NCBI RefSeq assembly: GCF_018350175.1
Contig: NC_058368.1
Location: 155,126,001 to 155,190,000 of the forward strand
DNA: 64,000 nt
Direction of reading: 5' to 3'
From: Felis catus
Taxonomy: Eukaryota
Shown: one piece after another, positions 38,800-52,769 of the stretch
Position numbering within the stretch: position 1 is the first letter of the stretch
Layout of the letters: every line of letters starts with the position of its first letter
The notes under the pieces: generated by a model
Databases searched by the model: none
What the model was told of the DNA's origin: nothing
The model's input: the letters and a program-made list of their open reading frames with translations, nothing else
Translations under genes and position numbers: made by a program

Positions 38800-40187
38800 G
38801 AAATATGCTGGACAGAGACAACAGAAAAGGAACCTATCAATGGAACTATTGATATTGGCCACAAGAGGATGGCACAGATGGTGGAGGGGAGGATAATGCC
38901 CTTGCTTAAAACTTCCACTTTCAAGTTGGGTAAGGTAACATGTGAGCTATAGGAGGTGGGCCTGTGGAGAGGACCTCAACCTCTATGGTTGAGGAAGAAG
39001 GAGATCCAAATTTGCTTTTGACAGGTTGACCTTTCATGCCCTTATTGTGGCTGCTCTGTCACTGGAGCCCATGGTTAGTGTGGGTGAGCAGAACAAAGGC
39101 CATGGGCTCTAGCAAGCTTGGTCTCAGTCTATTGAGCCCTCAGTGAGTTAAATGGCTCGGCTGAGAGGTATTCTTACCTTCTGGAACAATTATCAGTGGT
39201 AGAAAAGACAGAAAACAAACCTCCATGAGCAGTTCCAAGAGAAATATTTCTACAGAGCCACAGAAAATAACGAAAGGGAAATTTGCCAAGAGCAAAACAG
39301 ACATTTCACTCAATAATTTTGGTGTTACAGTGCTTAAACAGTGAGATTTTTAAGACCGCTGTTAGATCTCCCAAAGCCTTTTACAAAATTAGAGATATTC
39401 ACTTCAAATTTTCTATATTAGCCAAGTATGAGCAAGAAAAGTGATGGTTCCAGCAAGGAAAGGCTAGAAAGAAAACCCATGATGCATGTACTAATTCAGC
39501 CAACTTTAATAGGGGCAGATACAATTCCAATCCTTAAATTTATGAAGGATTTCCTACACTTTATCTTTGAAAGCTACTTTTTAATATTTTACCTTAAAGT
39601 TTAATAACAAAAATATCAATCCTGTTTCTATCCTAGAACTCAAATTTCCAAGACAAATACAGCCTATTGAATCCGTCAAAGCAGAGGAAACTCACAGAAT
39701 TGCTGATCTTTAGTGTTGCTAAATCAGACTGATTGAGAAGCCAGCCAGACTGTTAGAAGAAGACTTCAGATTTTCTGGGTGAAAGTGAAAACTCACACCA
39801 ATATTTCCCTAATTTTTTTGCTGCTATATTTCATAAACTCTCAGCATTCAGTGTAGATGTTTCTGGGTGATAAAATAGAAGTCGATTTCTAACTACATGG
39901 CCTCAATGGATGGTTTTCTAAATTCCCACATGTGATGTATTTTTCTATTGAGTTAAAATAATTAATGCAAAAGACGTGGCGTTTCTGAACTTTTAGAATT
40001 GGAATTTGGCTTGTATCATGGTTTTGGAGCTATTTATTCTAGGAAGGACCTGGGCCCTTCCTCCTGAATGGACTTTTTTATCAAGCTGGGTGGAGTGTGA
40101 TAAATCAGTGCCAAACTGGAAGAAATTTTCCATAACACTTACCTAGTGCTTACTGCGTACCAGACATTGGTCTCAATGTTGTGCATT

Positions 40188-40400
40188 ACAGGTTGACAAT
40201 CCCTTCCTGGTAATTCTAAAATTCAAAAGCCTTTGAAAACCAGATTATTTTTGGCAGCAAAACTTGACCAAACTCATTTGGCAGCAAAATTTGGTCTGAT
40301 TTTTAGCTGCAGAAGATGTTAGTGTTCATTACTAATTAGTCCCCCAGATTCCATTGGGTGCATTATGTAATATATGCCATATTACATAACATGTAAACAG
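40188..40400. mobile_element. Probable old TcMar-Tigger fragment
   Basis: Starts tacaggttgacaatccctt, resembling a Tigger TIR after a TA site. Contains the internal direct repeat tttggcagcaaaa. Confidence 0.45.
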
Positions 40401-40699
40401 AAACATCAATTGGATCTAAAGGCACATGATCAAATGACTATTGCCCATGAGGTCAGGAGTAAAAAAGGTTGAATAACAGATTAACAGTCAATCTGAAAAG
40501 ACTGAACAGATCACTGCAAAGTTGAAAGTTAACAAAATGATTTTTCCATATTTAGTTATCAAACAATTATTTATTAAGGACTTTCTGTGTGCCATGTAAG
40601 ATCAATAGGGAATATAAGCATAAGCATCCAGAGGGCAGGGAGTATGTTTTGCTTTATTTATTAATACTTTTTCCTTAAAAAAATATAATTCAAGCAATA

Positions 40700-41075
40700 T
40701 GCATGAAGGACCTTAACCTTGAGTACAAAGATCCAATTGTACGTGAGGTGGGAAGAGGGCTGGTTTCGTGGCTTGTGCAGCTAAGGACTCGGAGGCTTTC
40801 GTTAAGAGCAAGTTCTATGAGTCAACAAGATGAAGTGACTTGAAGAAGAGGCTAATCGAATCTTGGGTGGCGTAAACCTCACTGATGAGATCAGCTCAGG
40901 ATTTAACCATCACTTTCAGAGAGATGTAAATCAATTACACTATGTACAGAAGAGAGGTAAAGCAGTAAAGACACTCAATATTATGACCCATAAGCAACAA
41001 TCGAAAAGCCTGGGAATCTTTAACCTGGAGAATAAAAAGGGTAAGAATGTATACGAACACACACTTCAACTAATT
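40700..41075 (+). mobile_element. CR1/L3 LINE relic
   Basis: gagagatgtaaatcaatt…gtacagaagagag…ctgggaatctttaacctggagaa resembles the CR1 ORF2 3' region. Confidence 0.65.
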
Positions 41076-41143
41076 TAAGAAATGTGTACAGGGCTGTCAA
41101 CTATGGCCTTCCAGCCACTCCGCTCCAAAGAGATACTGCCTCT

Positions 41144-41430
41144 GTATAAGTCATACAGAGAAAGACAGAAACCATATGATTTCACTCTTATGTGGATCCT
41201 GAGAAACTTAACAGAAGACCATGGGGGAGGGGAAGAAAAAGAGAGAGGGAGGGAGGCAAACCATAAGAGACTCTTAAAGACTGAGAATAAACTGAGGGTT
41301 GATGGGGGGGTGGGAGGGAGGGGAAAGTGGGTGATGGGCATTGAGGAGGGCACCTGTTGGGACGAGCACTGGATGTTGTATGGAAACCAATTTGACAATA
41401 AATTTCATATTAAAAAAATAATAAAAAAAT
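41144..41430 (+). mobile_element. 5'-truncated young felid L1 (end of ORF2 plus 3' UTR)
   Basis: ataagtcatacagagaaagacag…ggatcctgagaaacttaacagaagaccatggggga…gacaataaatttcat followed by an A tail. 17-bp TSD aaagagata(c/t)tgcctct at 41127-41143 and 41431-41447. Confidence 0.96.
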
Positions 41431-41599
41431 AAAGAGATATTGCCTCTACCACAGTCTCACATCCTAGGTACCCATGAGATAGCCATGCTTTGTATCGCAC
41501 AACCCATTCCAGTGACTGGACTAGTGGATGACCTATAACTGTGACTCAAAAAGCCAGTCCATAAGCCAGCACACCTATACCAGCACTTGAAGTAAAAGG

Positions 41600-42035
41600 T
41601 CAGGTGGACTTGACTTTCCCTACATGGAATTTGTACTGGAAAACAGAGAAAGACTGAACCAGCTAGAATGGAAGCAGAAGCTGAAAGAAAGCCAGCAGAC
41701 AGAGCTGGCCCACAGCAAACCAAGATCATGTATAAACTTAAACGATGACAGAACAAAACACTTTGTAAGCAGAGAAACTTCAGCAACAGAGAGAAGAAAA
41801 CAGAGCAAACTTCAGAGGGTAGCCAAGGTGCTGAGAGGGAAACAGGGAGAAAAGGAAAGAAAGAGAAAATCCGGTCCTTGGGAACTGGTTCAATTCCTGC
41901 TTCCTTTCCTCTCTCTCTTCTCCCTCTCGCTCCCTTTCCCTCTCTCTCCCTTGTTTCCATTCCATTTGAATCCTTTTAATAAACTCCCTTTTTTTATAGT
42001 AACACGTGTAAGATTCTGCTTGTGCAAATAAAATA
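41600..42035 (+). mobile_element. Probable old LTR (MaLR/ERVL-like)
   Basis: Purine-rich body followed by aataaactccctttt and an LTR-like end. Family not resolved. Confidence 0.4.
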
Positions 42036-44159
42036 AAAACTAAATTGTTCTGAGAAAAAACGAATTAAACCAATTTTCTGGATTCTTGAGGGGTAAACAC
42101 AAATTGGTGGAAGCTTCAGAGAGATTGGTTTCTTTCCAGTAGTTCATAAATGTGAAATGGCTGCCTCAAGAAAAGGAGATCTGTCCGCCACGGAGAAGTC
42201 CAAGCACAAGCAACTAGCCACACGACAAGGACCCAAGCCCAGTATGAAGGGCATGACCGAACAAACTTCAAGCCCCTTCCAGTCCTGAGACTACATTCTC
42301 TGATACTAGGAGAAAAGTTGTCTCCCTCCAGATAATAGAGATGGCCTTTATAATCTAAGAAGCCCATAGCCTTCTAAAATAATATTTTGCCTTTTGGTTT
42401 TTGGTTAGAGTATTTTTTTTTCCATTCAGTACATTGCCATCTTGAGCTTCTTTTCTTTCCAATAGGAAGTGACAAGCCCAACTACAATTTTAAGTTCAGT
42501 AAATAATGTCTTAAGTGTTTTGGTTTTGAGAAAAGAAACCGGTCATTTTGGCACTGATTTTTTTTCCATTCGTTTTTAAATTCACGTGTATTTTTCAGTA
42601 AATTTAGTTCATATGATTTTGATTTATTTACACTTAGCTCCCTAAAATGTGTGGTTAGCAATTTGATGACTATGCACCTTTTAATTAGTCTGTCTCAGAA
42701 CCAGAAAGTCATGTGTTGCCAGCACGACCAAAGTGAAATCCAGATGACACAAATTTGGATACAAATCGCAAGAGCCGTAAAATTCAAGACCATTCTAAAC
42801 TTGGCGATAAAAGTTCTCTTGTTCCCAAAAGTTACAGACAAAACAAGTTCCAAGTATAAAGTACTTAACAAATTTTTCATGCAGACATGTGGGGCACAGA
42901 CAAATGGCAGTGGAATAGCTGCCTCTCTCATTGCTCTGCTACCATGATTACTTTGTGATCAACTTGGGATCCTAGGGGGGCGCTGCTTTGCATGAGGTTG
43001 TGTCTGTATCCCCAAAGAATCTGGAACCTAGTCAAGAAAGCCAGTCAACCAGTTGCTTAGTAAAGTGTAAACCAAACCACTTGCAGGAGATAGAATGTTT
43101 CTCGTTCATAGAATTAGATAATGTTAAGTGTGGTAGGAACCTTGGAAATAATCTTGGCCAATCCTTCACTTTAGTAATGTGTTTTAAATGGTTGTTTTGA
43201 CATTCTATGTACATAACCTTTAAAATTCAGATGACATTGGTCCAAGCATGAGTTTAATTTAGTTAAAACTCAAAGCACATATGGAGCAGAGAGAACATTT
43301 CCTAGGGAAACCTAGAGAATTGTTTTATGGGTCCTTTTTTTCCCCCCACTTATCCTTGAGACCCACAACATGAAAATAGGTGTCTTCCTTTAAATGTCTT
43401 AGAAAGAGTGATAACACTACCAGGGTATATAAAATGTGTATTTTATACAAAATTTGTATTGATAAAAATTCTAAACCTGTTTCAACATATCTAAATGTGC
43501 CAATTTTCTGCAAGCCAACATTTCATAAATCATATTCAAAACAAATACCAAAAATACATGACTTACATAATTAAACAGTGATGTATTAAATTTACACATG
43601 GGCATAATCTTTCAAATTTCAAGATATTTATCCATGCCAGGGTCTATGTATTCAGCAAGGGGATGGGGAAAAAATAAATCCTTAACCAGAAGTCCTTTTC
43701 TTAATGAGTTCATTGGTTGAAGTTTGAAGCCACTGCCCTCATGGCACTTAGGGCACCCGTGCCAAGTTAGAGACATGGGCCTAAGGTAGTTCTCCTTGTT
43801 GATCTTTTTCTCTCCCAGAGATCTCTGATTATCTGCCCCGTTTATAAGCTTTATTTTTGCTCATTGAGTTTCTTCTAACTACTGAGATTAAAGATGGCCC
43901 ATCAGCATTGAACAACCATTATCCTGAGCACCCACTCACCAAAGAATCTCTCTCATTATCTCTCACTCATCATCCTTCTGAGAAATATGATTGGTCCTCA
44001 TCATATAACAAAGAGGAAGCACAATCTCATATGATTCAACGGGTCTTAAGACATCTTCCTTCTTTTCTGTAATTTAAAAATATGTTTCCTAAAATCCCCT
44101 TCTTGAGTAAATTCCTCATTCTCCCAAAACCACCGGTCTTTTCCTCCATCTTCCCAAAC

Positions 44160-44450
44160 CCTGTCCCACACTTCAGGACCCTATTCGAGTCTCACCTGCT
44201 CCAGAAACCCTTCCCTGACCCTCCAGTCCTCTGTGCCCTACCCCTACTTTGAACCTCTAATGTGCAACCTCTAAGGTTGTACACAAGCTTAGATTTACTT
44301 GTTTGTTCCATCTATTTGTCTTCTCTTCCTAACGAGAGACTCCCATGAGGAAAGAATTACGCTTTATACTATTTTTACATTCCTGCAGTGATCAGTAGAT
44401 TGCAGAAGCCAAAGTAGGTGTCAAATACATATGAGTTAATAGATTGATAA
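44160..44450 (+). mobile_element. L2 3' fragment
   Basis: tcacctgctccagaaacccttccctgacc…agtaggtgtcaaata. Confidence 0.65.
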
Positions 44451-47400
44451 ATATTACAGTTCATTTCCACTCTGCAAATGATAATAAAGCAATATTTCTG
44501 CAACTAGCTAGAGCAGATTCATTTCCTCTAAAATTACCATTTATAAAATGTTATAAATAAACTTTGCAATAAAAATCATCCCTTCTAATACATTGGTTTA
44601 GCGCACAAGCATTTGAGGTGCGGATCCCTGCCTTCCAGGAACTCACATCCATATGAGAGAAATGCATGGCAATAAATTAAGATGCACTGTGAAAAACACT
44701 CCCAAAGAGGCAAGGTCTACCACATGAAAGGCCAGAGAGAAAGGAGTACTCCCAGAGGCCCCCAGTCAGACTCTACAACCCAATAATTAACATCCCACAC
44801 AACTTTCTGGATACAAATTTGGAACTTTTTTTTTCCAAGTGCCCTTACTGTATAAATAACCAGAGAGTACTTTAATAAGATTTATCATTTGTATTAAAGT
44901 TCACCGTAAAACAGAAATGGAGATGAGAAATAACTTAGAAACATAAAAATCATAATGTAAATTGTATTTGAGGAATGTAAATTTGGAAAAATATACAATA
45001 TGAAGTCATATTAATGAAAGCATAGTTAGTTTTTTATTCAAAATAAAAGTCACACTCACCTGCAGCATCTGTCTACTTCAATCATGTTATTTACTATGGT
45101 TTTGCTTTTTCATACGCGTGCAATTTCTTATACATATGCCTTTGGACAGGCATAGGTTCAACTGGCTTTCATCCAGGCCTATCTTTTGGTAAAAATTAGT
45201 GTAAGATGAAAGCACTGTCTTTACCTATTTTGCAATCTCAATGTCACATGACAATGCCAAGATCTTGCTGCAGACCAGTGTAGCCATCAAATGTACATCT
45301 CAAAACTTTTTGAGGTTATTGCGAATGTTCTTTCTCACATCTCCTTTTACATTTCCGGATTTTATTATCCTTATTAGCTTTGTATAAAAATATAATAATT
45401 AGATTTCATTTTCTTTCAGAAGCAAGTGGAATATAGCTCTGACATGACTTGACTCACTCCGTATCTTCTATTAGTTATACCATAGCTCATGTGAAATTTA
45501 TTTACCCTAAGTTTGTATTAATTTATATTACCATTTATAGATTCATTTTGGAACTATTTTAAATATAGAAGTGATGACTTTAAAAGGTACTATTAAATAT
45601 GTGAATGTTTACACCAAAAATAAAAACAAGTTCAGCTGATCAGTGGCTGGTAGCAGGGGAAAGTGGTTAAGACTTGCAGATCTGGAAAAGAAATGTGAAA
45701 AGTAACTTTAATAAAGAGTGGTACAAAGTATAAGTAAAGGCAATTATGAGCTCTAGAGAGGGCACAAAGTAAATTGGTATCATATTTTCTTGAGTTTTCC
45801 AAATTATGTTTGATAGTTAAAGCACAAAATTATAACACTGTCCAATGTGGTTCTAAATGTTTATAGAGGAAATATTTAAGATAATTACATTACAGAGAAA
45901 AACAGGAATGGCTATTTAATATTAGACAAACTAGACTTCACAGCAAAGAAAATCATCAGACACAATGAAGAACATTATGCAATATAACAATACACCAAAA
46001 AATATAACAATACTAAATGTGCATTCACCAAACAACAGAGCTACAAAAAATGTAAAACAAAAACTAGTGGAACTAAATGGAGAAACAGACAAATCCATAA
46101 ATGTAATTGGACAGTGAAACATCTGTCTTGGATAATTGATTAAACTAGACAGAAGAGCAACAAAGTTATAGAAGAACTCAACAATACGATCAACCAACAG
46201 GATCTAATTGACATTTGTTGAACACCTCACCCAATAACAGCTGAACATACATTCTTTTCAAGTGCTTGTGAATTATATACTAAGATAGGGCATATTGTGT
46301 CCTATAAAACAGACTTCAACAAATTGAAAACAAGAGAAATCATTTAGAGTATGTTCTCTCACCATAATGGACTCAAACTAGAAATCAATAACAGGAATAT
46401 AACAGGAAAAATCTCCAAACACTTTGAAACTAAGCAATGTACTTTTAAATAATCCATGGATCAAAAAGGAAGTCTCAAAGTAAGTAAAAAATTATAATGA
46501 ACAGAATGCCAATGAAAATACGGCACATCAACATTTGTGGGGCACAGCTAAAGCAGTACTGAGGGAAATCTATGCACAAAGTTCACATATTAGAAAAGAG
46601 TAAAAAATTCAAATAATAATTGAAGCTATTGTCTTAAGAACCTAGAAAAAGAGAAAAACAAACCCAAATCAATCAGAATGACACATTAAAGATAAGTAGA
46701 TGAATGAAATTGAAAAAGCAATAAACAATAAAGAAAATCAATGAAACAAAGAGATGTTTCTTAGAAAACAGCTATAATATTGACAACCCTCTAGCAGGAT
46801 TGATGAAAAAGAAGTAAATTACCAATATCAGTAATGAAACAGGAGATATCACTATGGACTCTGAAGATATCAAAAGCATAATAAGGGAATAGTATGAACA
46901 ACTCAACACACATACATTTGACAATTGATGAACAGACCAATTCCTCAAAAGACACAAAATATTACAGCTTATCTTACATGAAGCAGACAGTTTGAATAGT
47001 CCTATATCTATTAAGGAAATTGAATATGTAATTTAAAATCTACCTCGCCCAGTTCTCCAGGCCCAGATGGAGAACTGGAGAATTCTACCAAACCTTTATG
47101 GAAGAATTAGCACCAATTCTACAAAATCTCCTCCAAAAAATACAAGAGGAAGGAACACTTGCTGATTCACTGTATAATGTTAGTATTACTCTGATACCAA
47201 AACCAGACAAAGATACTAAAAAACAAAGAAAATTACAGGTCAACATCCCTGTATATATAGATGTAAAAATCCTTCGCAAAATTTTAGCAAATACAGTTCA
47301 GCAATACATAAAAATAATTATATACCATGACCAAGTAGGGTTGATTCCACAGGTGCAGTGCTAGTTCAATATTTGAAAATCAATCAATGCGATCCTCCTC

Positions 47401-47923
47401 TTTAGTAAGCTAAAGAAAAATTCACGTGATTACTTCTAATGAAGCAGAAAATCATTTGACAAAATTCAACACCCACTTGTGTTAAAAACTTCCCCCCCCA
47501 AAAGAAAACAGAAATAGAGGTAATCTTCCTCAACTTGATAAAAGGCAGCTACAAAAAAACTACAGCTAACATACTTTTTAAAAAGCTGAATAGTTTTCCC
47601 CTAAAATTGGGACTAAGGCAAGGAATGTCTCCTCTCACTATCCTTATTCAACATCATGCTGGAAATTCTACCCATAGCAATAAAGGGAGAAATTTAAAAA
47701 AATATATAGATAAGGAGTAAAAATGTCTTTATCTGCAGATGGCATGATTGTCTACATAGAAAATCCCAAAGAATATTAAAAACAGTACCACCACCAACAA
47801 ACTCCTGTAAGTAATAAGTGAGTTCAGAAAGATTACAGGACACAAGTTAACACAAAAAACTATCATATTACTACACGCTAGTAAATCAACATATGGACAC
47901 TGACATTAGAAATGTCATACTAT

Positions 47924-48081
47924 GACATGAGTTCGAGCCCCGTGTCAGGCTCTGTGCTGACAGCTCAGAGCCTGGAGCCTGTTTCGGATTCTGTGTCTCC
48001 ATTTCTCTCTGCCCCTCCCCTGCTCATGCTCTCTCTTTGTCTCTCAAAAATAAATGTAAAGAAACAAAAATGAAAATAAAA
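47924..48081 (+). mobile_element. 5'-truncated Can-SINE nested in L1
   Basis: Begins at the B-box (catgagttcgagccc). TSD agaaatg(tc/ca)atactat at 47908-47923 and 48082-48097. Confidence 0.92.
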
Positions 48082-48678
48082 AGAAATGCAATACTATTTA
48101 CAACTGATCAAGGAAAATTAAATACTAAGGTGTAAATCTAACAATATGCATAGGACTTACATGCTAAAAATGACACAACACTAATCAAAGGAGATCTAAA
48201 TAAATGGAGAGATTTTTGATGTTCTTAGATAGCAAAGCCAAAAGAGTAAAGATGTCAATTCTCCCCAAATTTATTCCTCTAAAAATCCCAGCACTATTTT
48301 TGTACATTTAGAAAATATTATTCTAAAATGTATGTGAAAGGGAAAAAGAAATGAAAATAACTAAGACAATCTTGACAAAGTCTAGAAGAAGGTGGGAAAA
48401 ATCATTCTGCACAATATTGAGTTTTACCAGATAGCTACAATAATGAAGACAGTATGATATTGATGAAGGGGTAAATACGTAGATCAATAGAACAGAAAAA
48501 AAAAAAACTCAGAAGTAGTACCACACTTATATGTTCAACTGATATTTGACAAAGGTACAAAAGAAATTCAATGAGCGAGGATAGACGTTTCAATTCATAT
48601 TGGAGCAATTAGATGTTCAAATGCAAAACAAAAGTAAATACATACGTACATACATATATACATACATAAATAAATCAT

Positions 48679-48928
48679 GGGACACCTGGGTGGCTCAGTC
48701 AGTTAGGCTACCAACTTCGAGTCAGGTCATGATCTCGTGCTTCATGAGTTAGAGCCCTGCATTGGGCTCTGTGCTGACAGCTCAGAGCCTGGAGCCTGTT
48801 TCAGGTTCTGTGTCTCCTTCTCTCTCTGTCCCTCCCCCACTCGTGCTCTGTCTCTCTCACTTTCTCTCTCTCTCTCAAAAATAAATAAACATTTAAAAAA
48901 CGTGTTTAAAAAAAAACAAAACAAAAAA
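48679..48928 (+). mobile_element. Can-SINE nested in L1, preceded by (TACA)n
   Basis: Full head, body and tail. (TACA)n at about 48638-48668. Confidence 0.93.
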
Positions 48929-50279
48929 CTGTGACATTACCCCAACACCTTATACAAAATTTAACACAAAATGGATCACAGACTTTTATGTAAAACTTTT
49001 AGCTGTAAAACTTTTAGAAAAAAATACAGGAGGGACTCTTCTGTAGCTAGAAGGACTCAGCAAAGACTTCTTAGGCTTGATACTAAAAGCAGTGATCCGT
49101 AAAATTAAAAATTAGTAAATGGGACTTCATCAAATTTTATGACTTTTGTTTTACAAAAGATCTTAAGACAAAGCTACAAAATGAAAGACAATATTTGAAA
49201 GCCCCATATCCAAAAAAGGAATAGTGTCCAGAATACTATAAAGAAGTCTCAAAACTCCGTAGTAAAAATCCAATTATAAAGTGGGTAAAAGACAAGAGAC
49301 AGTTCACCAAAGATAATATAAACATGGTAGATAAGCACATAAAAAATACTGATCACTAGCCATTATGGAAGTACACATTAAAACCACTAACATGTTACTA
49401 TATGACTATCAGAATGGTAAAGATAAAAACTTAGCGATAATGCTAAATGCTTGTACGGATGCAGAGAAACAATCATGCATATACTGCTGGTGAAAATTTA
49501 AACTAGCACAATCATGCTAGAGAAGTTTAGCAGCTTCTAAAAAAACATACAATTGCCATTCTACCCAGCAAAAGCACTCTTGGGCACTTATGACAAAGAC
49601 ATGAAGACATGTTCACACAAAAATCCATATATGAATACTTATAGCAACCTTATAACAGCTAAAAACTGAAAACAACCCAGATCTTCTTCAGTAGGTGAAT
49701 GTTTGAACAAGATGTGGCTTACTCGTGCTTTAGAATACTATTCAGCAAAAAAAAAAAAAAAAAAAAAATAATGTGTTGATACAGCAACGTCTTGAATGAT
49801 TCTCCAGAGAATTGTAGTAAGTGAAAAATGCCAATCCCAAAAGGTTATATACTATAGGATTCTATTTATGTAGCATTCTTGAAGTGATAAAATTACAGTA
49901 ATGTTCTCCATAGGAAGAAGACAGAAGAAAAGTAGGTGTGGCCATAAAACTACACTATGAGGAAGGCTTGTGGTGATGGAAATATCCTATATCTTGACTA
50001 TATCAATGTAAATATCCTGGTTAGGATACCCTGCTACAGCCTTACAAGATGTTACCATTGAAAGAAATGGATAAGGAGTACTTGGATCTCTGGTATTTCT
50101 TACAGCTGCATTCTACAATTATCTCAAAATAAAAAGTTTAATTTTAAAATAGTTCAGTGTAATGGCTACTATCTTTTCAAAAATTCAACCCAGAGACAAG
50201 ATATGTCAAAAACCATGAAGCGGAAATCTATGCTTCTCCCTTCCAAATTATCTGCCTAGCAATATAAATGAGAAAGGAA

Positions 50280-50490
50280 GGGGCACCTGGGTGGCTCAGT
50301 TGGTTAAGCGTCCAACTTCGGCTCAGGTCATAATCTCACAGTTCGTGGGTTCCAGCCCCGTGTCGGGCTCTGTGCTGACAGCTCAGAGCCTGGAGCCTGT
50401 TTCAGATTCTGTGTCTCCCTCTCTATCTCTGCCCTTCCCCTGCTCACACTCTGTCTCTGTCTTAAAAATAAATAAACATTAAAAAATTTT

Positions 50491-50531
<41 letters not shown>
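50280..50531 (+). mobile_element. Can-SINE with a (TAAA)n tail
   Basis: Perfect 16-bp TSD ataaatgagaaaggaa at 50264-50279 and 50532-50547. Confidence 0.96.
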
Positions 50532-50535
<4 letters not shown>

Positions 50536-50637
50536 ATGAGAAAGGAATTGGGAGTGTAATGTCAATCATTGTATTTTGCTGTACATTTAATAAATTTTAA
50601 AGATAGTTTAATTTTATATGAATAGTCATTTGGGGGC

Positions 50638-50860
50638 GGGGTGCCTGGGTGGCTCAGTTGGTTAAGCTTTCAACTCTTGATTTCAGCTCGGGTCATGATC
50701 TCTTGGTTCATGAGTTCGAGCCCCACAGTGGGTTCTGCACTGACAGTGCAGAGCCAACTTGAGAGTCTCTCTTTTTCTTTCTACCCCTCCCCCACTCCCT
50801 CACACGCACGCGTAAGCTCTCTCTCCCTCTTTCTCAAAAATAAATAAACACTTAAAAAAA
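50638..50860 (+). mobile_element. Can-SINE (SINEC_Fc2-like)
   Basis: Typical head and body. Degenerate TSD aatagt(c/a)at(t/g)tg. Confidence 0.93.
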
Positions 50861-51292
50861 TAGTAATGTGATAAACCAGTAATACAAATGGTAAGGAATA
50901 GAATTATTAGATACAAATAGTTACATTGAAAAGTTTATAGAAATAAAAAAAGAATACATTTTGGATTTTCTTTGCCCCACATTAAGGATTCATTCAGGAT
51001 AGTCACTGTTTAAGTAGACTCGTGTGTGTTGTTTCATGAAATTATGCACCAATTTAAATTAGGACAGATAACAAAGTAAAAATGAATTCTAATATACTTA
51101 GCATTTATTAAAATAACGTCACAGTTGATATATTCATGATAAATACCAGGTATATCACGCATCATGCCAGCACTTTCAAGAAACATACACTTTCAACCAA
51201 GGTCACATTGTACCAGACCTGCCTCGAGGCAAAACCAAGTCATTACAAAATCAGCTCAGGAAATAAATGACTTAACTTTGGTCTTACTGACA

Positions 51293-51340
51293 TAGGTAGG
51301 CAGGCAGGCAGGCAGGTAGGTAGGTGAGCAGATAGGTATG
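51293..51340. repeat. (TAGG/CAGG)n tetranucleotide repeat
   Basis: Read directly from the sequence. Confidence 0.85.
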
Positions 51341-52769
51341 GAAGGAGAGAGGGAGATAGGGATAAATAATGCTGTATGGTTGGTTTAAATGTTTGGACTA
51401 AACGGAGTCATTGTTTTTAACTGGTCACTTTAAAAGGTGAACATGCTTAACAGAAGAGTTACACAGAGGGCAGATGCTAAGCGGCTTGTTGTTTTAGTGA
51501 AATGACTGAGTTAGGATTTAACTAGCCTAGTCAGTTCAGTCAAAACAATCTTTCTGGTTGTGTTAGGTAGGTCAGTTTTAATGTTTTTAGAATCATAAAC
51601 ATCGCTGGTAATGGTACTAGTTTGTTTTTTCTTTTTAAATAATAAATACTTCGGAAATTTGAAGTCCCTTTGTTACTGATCTTTAGCAACATTTTTAGAT
51701 TTAAGGAATAAAGAAGTGGGAAAAATCATGTCATTAAGTCATATTTTTCCTTCCTGGATATTAACCCCTAAACTCCACCTTTGGATTCCATTCCAGCTTC
51801 AACCCCCTTTGTCTGGGCTTTCATCACTTATATTTAAATGCCACTGCAACTTTCTGTCTGTCTCTCTGCCTCTAACTGATTTTCCCTCCAATTCATTCTG
51901 AGCCATCTATTACTTAAAAATACATTTTTCCATTTTTCACTCCCCAGCTAAGAACCCCATCATGACTTAGTACAGTCAGCTCCACCAGTCCTTCACAATC
52001 TATTCCAATCCCCTATTTACTGAGCCTTGCTTCCCGCATTCACCCACAAATATGCTTCACCCCAAGGGAGCAAAAGGTCCTTACTTGCCCCTGTGCATAC
52101 CCAAATCCCTCATGTCTAAGATTTTCCTACCATAAAATATTCCCTTACCTACCCCCACTGCATTCTCTTCAACCTTCCTCTCTAAAATTCATACCCATAC
52201 TGTTAGGCTGACCAACTCAAGACCACCATTTTCAGGGAATCATTCTGACATCCTGACAGTCCATAGTTGTTCTTTCCAAAGTTCTACTGAGTTATGCTCA
52301 GAATCAAAGCCAACCATGTGCCCCCTTAATTGTCCTCCTACTCATTTTTTTACTCATCTACTCTAAAGAAATATATTGAGCACTTATTTATGCATAAGAT
52401 ACTATGGTAATTATAGCAATTCTTTCACATCCCTTAGTTTATATCCTATGATTATATATTTGGCAAATAAACTCAATCATGCCTTATCTTCTTTTCCAGA
52501 CTCCTCAGTACCCAGCAGTATAGTTGGTATATCATCACCATTAACATCACCAACATCAAATATTAATGGAGCTGCTTCTACCTACTGTCAGTACTCTCCT
52601 CGGTGCTGGAAACTGAGAGATGTAAGACGTGGCCTTGCAATCACTGTTCAGGTGGGGAGGAAAGCGCCAAATGGATGGTATGCACAATGTTAGAAGAGCT
52701 AAGAAAACAGGAGCAAGCACTGAGAGAACATGACGGGGGTGGGTAGGGCTCTTAGGGTTTCATCTTTTT

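Larger units (their letters stand above)
45760..50147 (+). mobile_element. Ancestral L1MC1/2-like element (~4.4 kb, disrupted ORF2 from endonuclease through RT, plus 3' UTR)
   Basis: RT-like translation LAPILQNLLQKIQEEGTLADSLYNVSITLIPKPDKDT…IDVKILRKILAN…IIYHDQVGLIP (47098-47364). The 3' end gttaccattg…tctacaattatctcaaaataaaaagttt is L1MC-like. Many stops and frameshifts. Confidence 0.92.

Noticed and set aside
41457..42031. Longest ORFs (167 aa minus, 135 aa plus)
   Set aside because: Low-complexity purine/pyrimidine-skewed sequence within a probable old LTR.
42968..42986. CTCF-like atcctaggggggcgctg, and ccactgggtggc at 21577
   Set aside because: Both mismatch core positions of CCASYAGRKGGCRS; not supportable without a PWM scan or ChIP data.
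47098..47720. RT-like ORFs as an active or domesticated reverse transcriptase
   Set aside because: Short fragments of a multiply disrupted ancestral L1 ORF2.
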